Positions 55,622-64,000 of a stretch of DNA of 64,000 nucleotides are shown in pieces (within the stretch, counting starts at the first letter, position 1; each line of letters begins with the position of its first letter). Location of the stretch: assembly GCF_009914755.1 (NCBI RefSeq), contig NC_060933.1; one strand, 5' to 3'. Origin of the DNA: the human T2T-CHM13v2.0 reference genome, Homo sapiens. Under the pieces are notes generated by a model, which made no database searches, was not told the DNA's origin, and worked only from the letters and a program-made list of their open reading frames with translations. The position numbers were made by a program, and so were the translations under genes.

Positions 55622-55700
55622 CCCGTGTGTTTGTGCCGGTGGGTCTGGGGCGGGGCCTGGAAACCTGCATTTTTCACAAGCAGGGGCAGGGGCTCTGGGG
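55622..55700. mobile_element. MER5A-like hAT transposon remnant
   Basis: gtgggtctggggcggggcctggaaacctgcatttttcacaagc. Confidence 0.5.
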
Positions 55701-56077
55701 ACCACCCCCACAAAAGCACAGCCCTGGGTGGTCTGCTCCCTGGGGCCCCAGGACAAGGTGCTGCTCTCCCCTCATGGAAGGTGCCAACTCCTGGAGGAAC
55801 GAGCTGGCCATGGACGTGCCCCCCGGAAAGCTCCCCTCACCTCTGCGTGTCCCCAGGACCCTCCAGCCTGGGGTGGGCGTGTCCTACTACAGAGTCATAG
55901 CTTGAGCTTCACGGACCTCAGAGTCCTGCAAAGACCCCCCACCAAGTGCTTCTCAAGGTGTGTTCCTGAGGAGGGAACCGGCACTGCTGCTGGGCCCGGG
56001 GCCGTGTCCGTTCCTCCGGGTGAGCCGCACCTGCCCGACACTCTGCCCGCTGTGGGATCTGTGAACCTCACTGGACC

Positions 56078-56565
56078 TGTGTCTGTGTGCGTGTGTTTGT
56101 GGTGTGTGTGTGTGTCTGTGTGTGTGTCTGCATGTATGGTGAGTGTGTGGTGTGGTGTGTGTCTGTGTGTGTGATGTGTGTCTGTGTGGTGTGCATCTGT
56201 GTATATGGTGTGTGTGTGGTGTGTGTGTATGGTATGTGTGGTGTGTGTCTGTGTGGTGTGTATGTGTCTGTGTGTGTGGTATGTGTCTGTGTGGTGTGTG
56301 TCTGTGTGGTGTGTATGTGTCTGTGTGTGTGGTATGTGTCTGTGTGGTGTGTGTGTGGTGTGTGTCTGTGGTATGTCTGTGTGTGTGGTGTGTGTCTGTG
56401 TGGTGTGTGTGTATGGTATGTGTATTGTGTGTGTGTGTGGTGTGTATGTGTCTGTGCATATGGTGTGTGTGGTGTGCATGTGTCTGTGTGTGTGGTGTGT
56501 GTCTGTGTGGTATGTGTCTGTGTGTGTGGTGTGTGTCTGTGTGGTGTGTGTGTGTCTGTGTGTGT

Positions 56566-56597
<32 letters not shown>
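56078..56597. repeat. Complex (TG)n-rich tract
   Basis: tgtgtctgtgtggtgtgt modules ending in pure (TG)n. Confidence 0.97.
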
Positions 56598-56599
<2 letters not shown>

Positions 56600-56668
56600 G
56601 TGTCATGACTCATCTCAGAACCCTCACAAGGTAGAACCCAGGTATGCATATTTGAAAATTCTGAAGTC

Positions 56669-56967
<299 letters not shown>

Positions 56968-57033
56968 TTCTGAAGTCTACCCCAATTTTGAACCCCTGGT
57001 AATTCAGCCCCCTCATTGTTTTCATTTTAGGCC

Positions 57034-57324
57034 TTTTATTTATTTATTTTTAATTTTTCTTTAGAGACAGGGTCTAGCTCTGTCACCCAGGCTGGAGTGC
57101 AGTGGTATGATCGTAGCTCACTGTAGCCTCGACCTCCTGGGCTCAAGCCATCCTCCTTCCTCGCCTACTGAGTAGCTGAGACTACAGGCACGCGGCACCA
57201 TACCTGGCTAATTCTTATTTTTTTTTTGTAGGTTGTGGGGCGTCTTACTATGTTGTCCAGGCTGGTCTTGAACTCCTGGCCTCAACAGATCCTCCTACCT
57301 TGGCCCCCCAAAACACTGGGATAT
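57034..57324 (-). mobile_element. AluJ, 5'-truncated
   Basis: cactgtagcctcgacctcctgggctcaagccatcctc. Confidence 0.92.
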
Positions 57325-57432
57325 ACCTTTTGTGTATTGTTTTAAAAATGTCATATTGAAATATAACCAAACACATGGGTCTTTTCATTATTTGCTCCTC
57401 AGCATCACTTGGCCCCTGCACCCATCCCCCAC

Positions 57433-57579
57433 CCCCAAACAGTGCCGTCTGCCCCCCAGACAGTGCCGTCCGTCCCCCAGATGGTGCCGTCTGCACCCCA
57501 GATGGTGCCGTCCGTTGCCCAGACGGTGCCGTCCATACCCCAAACGGTGCCGTCAGTCCCCCAAACAGTGCTGTCAGTG
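57433..57579. repeat. 21-bp tandem repeat x7
   Basis: ccccaRaYRgtgccgtcNNNN units. Confidence 0.95.
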
Positions 57580-58241
57580 AAGCTTGCACTTGGGACTTGG
57601 CCTGGCAGAACGGCCGCCCCCCAGGCTTCCTGCAGCCCCGGGCCAGTGAGGCATTCTGTCCTGGGAGCCACCTCCCAGGTGGGGGCCGCTGTGCTGTCCG
57701 CTGTGGCTGCCCGCAGGCTGCCTCTGCCTGCCAAGTCCGCCACACACAGCCGTTGGCTCCCCCTGAAAGTCAACAGACCAGTTTTAGCAAACGTGGAAGC
57801 CACAGAAAAGCAGAAAGATGTCAACAAACTACCCGTTCCCTGCTCTGCCCCAGCTCTGCCACCCTCTGGACTGTCCTTTTCTGCATTCGCTTTTACACAC
57901 AGTCCTGATAAAAGCACCCAACCCTTCCTCCGAACCAGGGCCATGCCCCAGGCCTCTCTATTCTCAGGACAACTTATGAACTGGCGAGGAAACTGACGAG
58001 GAAACTGAAGCACCAGGACAATTGCACAGTGGCCCCGGGGCAGGGGACAGGGAACAGCTAGGGAGCTGTGGCTCTGTGTGGACCCTGGTACTCTGAGCCC
58101 AGCTACCTGTGGGGCTTGTAGCCACAGTGGGAGGAAACACTTGGGAGAGGAGATGAGCGAGAGGAGAGCGCAGGAGACATCTGGGTCTCCCGAGAAGGTC
58201 CCAGGGCCCCAGGACCAGGCTGTGGTTCAGGCTGGAGTGTT

Positions 58242-58320
58242 TCAGAGTCCCTCGTGTATCCTGGGATGGCAGGAGATGCCAGGGTGAGTTTCAGATATGT
58301 GAGACCACAGGGAGCAGCTC
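58242..58320 (+). repeat. 79-bp dispersed direct repeat, copy 2
   Basis: 75/79 identical to 55075-55153. Confidence 0.93.
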
Positions 58321-58519
58321 AGTGTCACTTGTGCCTCAGTTTCCACATTAGTAAGGTGGGGCCGGTCGTCAGACCTACCTGGTTGGGCCCTCAGGAGGGC
58401 CCTATCAATCAGTTCTGCTGAAAAGCACCCAGAGCTGTGCCCAGGTCAGGCGAGGGCACGCCGTGGCTCCTTCTGGAACTGAAAACGCGTCTTCTGCTGC
58501 CTCGCTGGAGCTCGCCATC

Positions 58520-58700
58520 ACCGCCCCCCCGCCCCCCCGCCCCCACCCCAGCACCCCTACTCACCGAGGCCAAGTCCCCAGGTTTTCTCCCTCCTGCTGC
58601 AACGGCAGCCGGTTGCTGCATCCGGCTGGGGCAGAGGCAGGGCCTAGGCTCCGAGGAGCTCCCATATAAATCACCCCGACGTGGCAGCAGGCTCAGAGCA
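58520..58700 (+). promoter_or_regulatory. Promoter-like segment (GC boxes plus TATAAA)
   Basis: ccgccc x3 at 58521-58545, TATAAA at 58665-58670, locally raised CpG. Confidence 0.3.
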
Positions 58701-61374
58701 GCAGGCCTTCAGGGCCCGCCGCACCTCACCCCCACCTTCCCTCCCGCCCCCGCCCTCCACTTCTCCCCTGGGCCTGCCTTTGTGGCCCGATCAGCGGCTG
58801 GCGGACACGGCTGTCTTCCAGGTGAACATTCCTTAGAAAAATGACTTCATTATCACCTTCAACGGCCTAGTGTTGGGGGAGGGATGTGTGTGGCCGAGAG
58901 GGGCAGGTGGGGTGGACGTCCCCTCCCATCACTCCTCCTGCAGCCGGGCCCAGGGTGGCAGGAAGGCCTGAAGCCCGGGCAGGCAGGGACCCCCATCCGG
59001 GCAGGCTGACGGAGACAGATCTGTGGGATTAAGGGGCTGGAGGGAAATATTACATTATGATAGCAAATCACTCGGCTGATTGGAATTTAATTACGTCTCT
59101 TTTATCTTGGTGACAGTCACGCACCTGGGCTCGAGGTCCTGGCTGTTGGAGCTGGGGCCAGGCTGCGGCTGGGTAGGGAGGCCTTGGCCCCAGGGGATTA
59201 ATGAAGCAGAATCCTCCCCTGCCCCTGCTCCAGAGGAAGCCGCGAACTGCAACCCTCGCCTTCTGCTGGGGTGGGGGAGCCACCAAGGGGGCTGTTCCTG
59301 CAGGAGGATTGGGATCACAGGGTCTTGGCAGAGATGATGGTGGGGGTGGGATGGCCCAGGGGGTGTGGCCAGTCCTGCCCAAGTAAACCCAGGCAGGGCA
59401 AGCAAGCCGGGGCCAGACTCCGGAGAGAGAGGCCACCGCGGGCGACCCGGTCATCAGCACATACCTATTGGCCATCTTGGATGGATGGTGTGATGTTCCA
59501 GGTCCAGGATGGGGACTTGCATGGCTTTGTGGCACCCCAGAATGGGGCAGGACAGGAAAGGGGCTGAGCTGGCTCTAGAAAGGTTGGAGAGGGCCAGCTG
59601 GGCCTTCTGGAAGCCCCAACTATGAACATGCCATGTTCAGAAAGCAAAATCCTGCTAATAGCCACCTCTTTTTGAGGACAGACATATCTATGGATTTTTT
59701 GGAAATGGCTTTGATTTTAGACATTTTGACCGCAGACTCAATGAAATTCAATATTCTGGAGTTCCCATAGCACTCCTGCGGCCACGTTGTCCAGCAGCGG
59801 GGGATTCGCCTCCTGGAATGTGAGTTCACCAGAGGTCTTTGCAGAGCACCTCGGCTGGGTCTTTCATGAGTGGTGAGGCCCTGGCTGGGGGTTGCCCTCT
59901 TGGGTCTTGGTCTCCTCATCTGGAGAATGGGGTGAAGACCCCGAGCCTCCAGGTCTGGCTAGGGGCTACATGAGATGCGTTTTCAGTTCTATGGTGAGCC
60001 ACGGAGCGCCCTCATCCAAGCTGGGCACAGCTCTGGGTGATTTACAAAATTAACTCGCTGAGCCCTTGTGAAGGCCCTGCCAGGTTGGTCTGACATCTGG
60101 GCCCACTTTACTAAGGTGGAAACAGGCACAGGCTGGTGGTGTTGCCTCCCCAAGGCCACACAGTGGCAAAGAGGCAGAGCCAGGATTCGGGCCCAGGGCA
60201 TCCAGCCCAGATGTCTGCTCTTTGGGGCAGCTGTCTTGCCTTCTGTATCTGGCTAAATGCAAGTGCCCCCAGTGCAGACAGTATTAGAATCGTTGTCATT
60301 TATACAATGATGGTTCATTCGTCAAACTATAGGTACCTTTGCTGTACTAGGCAGCACAGGGGATCCGTGTGGAAAGGGGTGCATCTTGGGGAGGGAGAAC
60401 AGGGTTCTCATGCAGGGCCCAGGGCATGGATTGAAGACACCCGGGTGCCCATGGCCCCGGGGACTCCCCTGACCCTCTGAGGGCCCCCTCTTGTGGTGGG
60501 GGTGCTCTGGGACTCTTTTGCTCCCCATTAGAGAATGTGGAGCTTGGGAGTTCATCACAGAGGGGACTGTCCAGGTACTCTGCCTCCCAGCTCTTGGCCA
60601 TGGGGACTGGGTTGGGCGTCCCCGTGCACTGTCCTCCCAAGGGTCCCAAGGGGGGCCACGTGGGTCTGTCTTCTGGATGTGGGGCAGCCTGGCAGTGTGA
60701 ACACTGTTTCACAGACTGGTGGACGGCTGCTGCATCACCCGAAAGGCGATCCAACAGCCCAGCTGCTAATGGCAGAGAGGAGAATGATGTTATTGCTTTG
60801 GGGACAGGGAGGGGGCAGGGTGGGCCTCCGTCTCCCACCCAGTTCCCAGTAAGGGGTGGACAGTTTCTAGAAGAGAGTGGGGTGGGGACGGGATGAAGTA
60901 TCATTTGTGTGAGCATGTGTGGGGCACATGTGTGTTTGTGGGTGCACACGGATCTGCAGATGTGAGGGAATATGGGGGTGTACACAGCCTGTGGGGTGCA
61001 CTTTGTGTCCTAGACACTGGTGTGTTACGTGCCCTGGTGCGTCTGAGGCCACCCACAGGCCTGTGCAAATGTGTGCCCAGAAACATACTTGACATATGTG
61101 CTCGAGGATTTGCACAAGGACCATGGACTTGAGGGAGTTTGGGGCACAACTAAGCTGGACAGGGAACCCTAGGTCTGTCACAAACAGCCTCTCACCTGAA
61201 GATAGTGGACATGGCAGAGCTGCTGTCACTGTCACCTTCACCTTCTGTGAGGACCAGTGCAGAGAGTCCAGCCCATTGCATAGGCTCACAGGCACCGTCG
61301 TCAGTGCATGGAGCATGACCCTCGTTCAGCTTCGTCCACCGTAGCTTTGCTTAGGAGCGTGTGCTGGGGTGGCA

Positions 61375-61836
61375 CATTACTCAGGGCTCTTCGGAGAAAT
61401 GAAGCAATAGGACGTGAGGAGGCTTATTGTAAGGAATTGGCTCACACAATGATGGAGGCTGAGAAGGCCCCACTCTCTGTCTGCACGCTGGAGACCCAGG
61501 AAGCCTGCTGGTGGCCTTCGATCAGATCCTGATGGCCCAAGAGCCGGGACCACCAGTGGTGTAAGTCTAAGTCCCTGGGCAGGAGATGACCCATGTCCCA
61601 TCTCAAGTAGGCAGGACGACAAAGCCCATTCTCCTCTCCTCGGCCTCTGCATTCTATTCAGGTCTTTGCCAAGTCGGGTGAGCCCACCCACAATGGGGGA
61701 CACCTGCTTTCCTCGGTCCAGCATTCAAATGCTCATCTCCAGAAACACCAGCAAGGACATACCCAGAAATCACTTCAACCAAACATCTGGGCACCCCGTG
61801 GCCCAGTCAAGTTGATACGTAAAATTAACCACCCCA
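61375..61836 (-). mobile_element. MLT2B-like (ERVL) solo LTR
   Basis: taaggaattggctcacacaatgatggaggctgagaag...ctgggcaccccgtggcccagtcaagttgatacgtaaaattaacca. Confidence 0.88.
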
Positions 61837-63839
61837 GGTGGGTTGGGACACAAACATGTGGCCACTTGTCCCTGCTGGTGTGGGCTTGGGTGTGTGTGTA
61901 TAGGTGTGTGAGAGCCCCTCAAGTTTCCTGGAGATGGACACATGTCCTCCTACATGCAGTTCTACACATGTGTGCATACCTGTCTCCACTGCAGTGTGAC
62001 CAGGAGTGTGCGCGTACTCATGAGTACTGCTCTGGGTGGTGTGTTTGCACACTTCCGGGCTTGTACACCACACCTGTGCATGCAGGAGTGTGTGCACACA
62101 GGCATGTTTGTGAGGGCCCAGTACAGCATCTCTAGGGACCACCGGTCATTGCTGTGGGTCCTTCCCTCTCAGCCCCAGAAGGTTCACCAGTGGCCCAGAC
62201 TTCTCTATGCAGGAGACACTGTGTGGACATTGAGGTCCTGGCCTCCCCTGGGGTCTTGCTGGGCCTCAAGGTGCCACTGGGAAAGGGGATCGCAGCCTCA
62301 GACAGGAAGGCTCGGCTGGGGTAAGGGGTGTGATGAACTTTGGGATGGCCAAGGGGCTACCAGGGAAGTGCCCTCTCTGCCTGAGACCTCATCACAGAGT
62401 GAGTACAGACATGAATAGAATTGGGGTGTCCTGGGGCCTTGGAGCCCTATCCCTAGCCCTCAAGGGAGGGCTGGCAGCCCACGGTGGCCTCCTCCACCCA
62501 CTGCTGCCCTTCATGGAGGAGTCAATAAAGGCCCTGCCGGGATGGCACCAACATGTTTACTTCCCGCCCATGGTGCTAAATTTGTCCCTGGTGTACAAGG
62601 ACGCTCAGTCTCATCAAAGGCCAAGAGCCTGCACCTGGAGCTCCTCCCAGCCAGTGCCGCAGCCACGGGGTGGGGCTGGCACCCAAGCCTCTCCTCCCCC
62701 AGGGAAAGACCAGAGACAGCCATCACCCCACTGGGCCGAGGCCTGCACGCGGCTGCTCTGGTTCTTTTCTGAGGGCCGGCAGAGGCAGCCGCAGCCTTTT
62801 GGAGCCTCTAGCATCAGGCAGGGCTGTGCTGAAATCCAGGATGGGGGCTTTGGGCAGCTTGCTTCACCTCTTGGTGCCTCAGTTTCTCCACCCCTGCCTT
62901 GGAGGCTTGAGGACAGGCACCCGTGTCCATGGCGTGGCGGAGCTTGGCCATGGTGTGTGCTCTGTATGAGCGGCCCAGGCTGAGGCTGCTGGGGCTTGGG
63001 TGCCTCCAAGTTGCTCCTGGAGAAGGGGCAGGAGGGCAGCCTGGGAGTCCCTTCCACTCTGGGCCTGGGGTTCCTCTGCCAGGGCTGGGGAGGAGTCAGT
63101 GAGACGGGGCGGCCACCAGACAAATGCGCAGTGGACAACCGCACGTTGCGTGAATGCGTGAGCTCAGGCTCACCGGGCACCTGTGACAGGCTGGCTGCTG
63201 TCGTCCTCGGGACCCAGGCTCCACGTCTCCGTCTGTAGGCTGCCTCATTCCGGCCACCAGGACTCCAATAGTTACATCTGGAGTGCCCCTCCCCACACCC
63301 ACCGTGAACCGTTCCTGAAATGCAACACTGCCCAGGACACATGTGCAGGTGGAGTGTGGCCAAACCCACGGGCCTGTCCTTGCCTTCTGAGTGTGGACCA
63401 GCCAGTGTGGACCGCCCGGATTCCTCCGGGCAAGGTGGCATCCGATGGGGCGCCTCCCTCCATTCCTGCGATGCTGAGCTCCAAGCTCACGCTGTGGATG
63501 GAGCTTTGGTGGACACCCCGTCCCCGATGGGGGCTTTGGGCACCTTGGTTTCCCCACCCCTGCCTTCAAGGCCTGGAAGAGACATCTGTGGCCACGGCGT
63601 GGTTGGAGCTTGGCTGTGGTGTGTGCTCCGTACCCAGCCCTCCCCTGCAGGACCCAGGGCCATCCCGGTGGGACCCGGGGATGCCCAGAGGGTTGAGGGG
63701 CCTGGCTCCAGGTGCCTAAGCCTGAGGCCAGCGTCTGGGACTGGGCCTTTCTGACAGTACAGGCCTCAGCCCCTCAGCACCCCCGCCCTCCCCGGTCCTT
63801 GCGGCCCCTCTCCATTTCAGCCCCTGTCCTTGTCACCAT

Positions 63840-63978
63840 CTGGGTCCCTCTCTCTTGCCTACTCCATGTAGGTTACAAGGGCAGGGATCCCGTCTGTGTG
63901 GTTCACTGTGGGTCCCCAGCTACTGCAGGTGGCTGCCAAAAACTGGCTAAATGAATGAACGAAGGAAGGAAGGATTAA
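63840..63978 (+). mobile_element. L2 3' end
   Basis: agggcagggatcccgtctgtgtggttcactgtgggtccccag...aaatgaatgaa. Confidence 0.7.
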
Positions 63979-64000
63979 TGGGCATGTCTGAGTCTGGAGC

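Noticed and set aside
57248-58013. ORFs with 7-aa repeats (QTVPSAP / DGTVWG)
   Set aside because: Arise from the 21-bp minisatellite in all frames
59623-59639. Palindrome tgaacatgccatgttca as a GRE or p53 site
   Set aside because: Half-site spacing is 5 rather than 3, and there is no complete second p53 decamer

Overview
GC-rich primate (very probably human) non-coding genomic DNA, intergenic or deep intronic. I find no credible protein-coding exon, tRNA/rRNA gene or CRISPR array. The long ORFs in the track are GC-rich chance ORFs, Alu/L1 remnants or translations of simple repeats. The window holds 19 Alu copies or monomers (J/S/Y types, many with visible target-site duplications, TSDs), a fragmented ~5.6 kb ancient L1M with nested insertions (14.2-19.8 kb), other L1 3' ends, MLT1/MLT2/LTR16-type solo LTRs and many MIR/L2/L3 relics. 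It also holds several large simple-sequence tracts and many short local duplications and minisatellites. Scattered AT-rich islands rich in homeodomain, SOX, MEIS/PBX, CArG and CTCF-like motifs suggest a regulatory landscape. Repeat subfamily calls come from remembered consensus sequences and are approximate. I cannot name the locus and see no evidence of a novel gene system. The best leads are motif-multiplying tandem repeats, a dispersed 79-bp duplication carrying a splice donor, candidate enhancers and strong AT-to-GC drift in old repeats.
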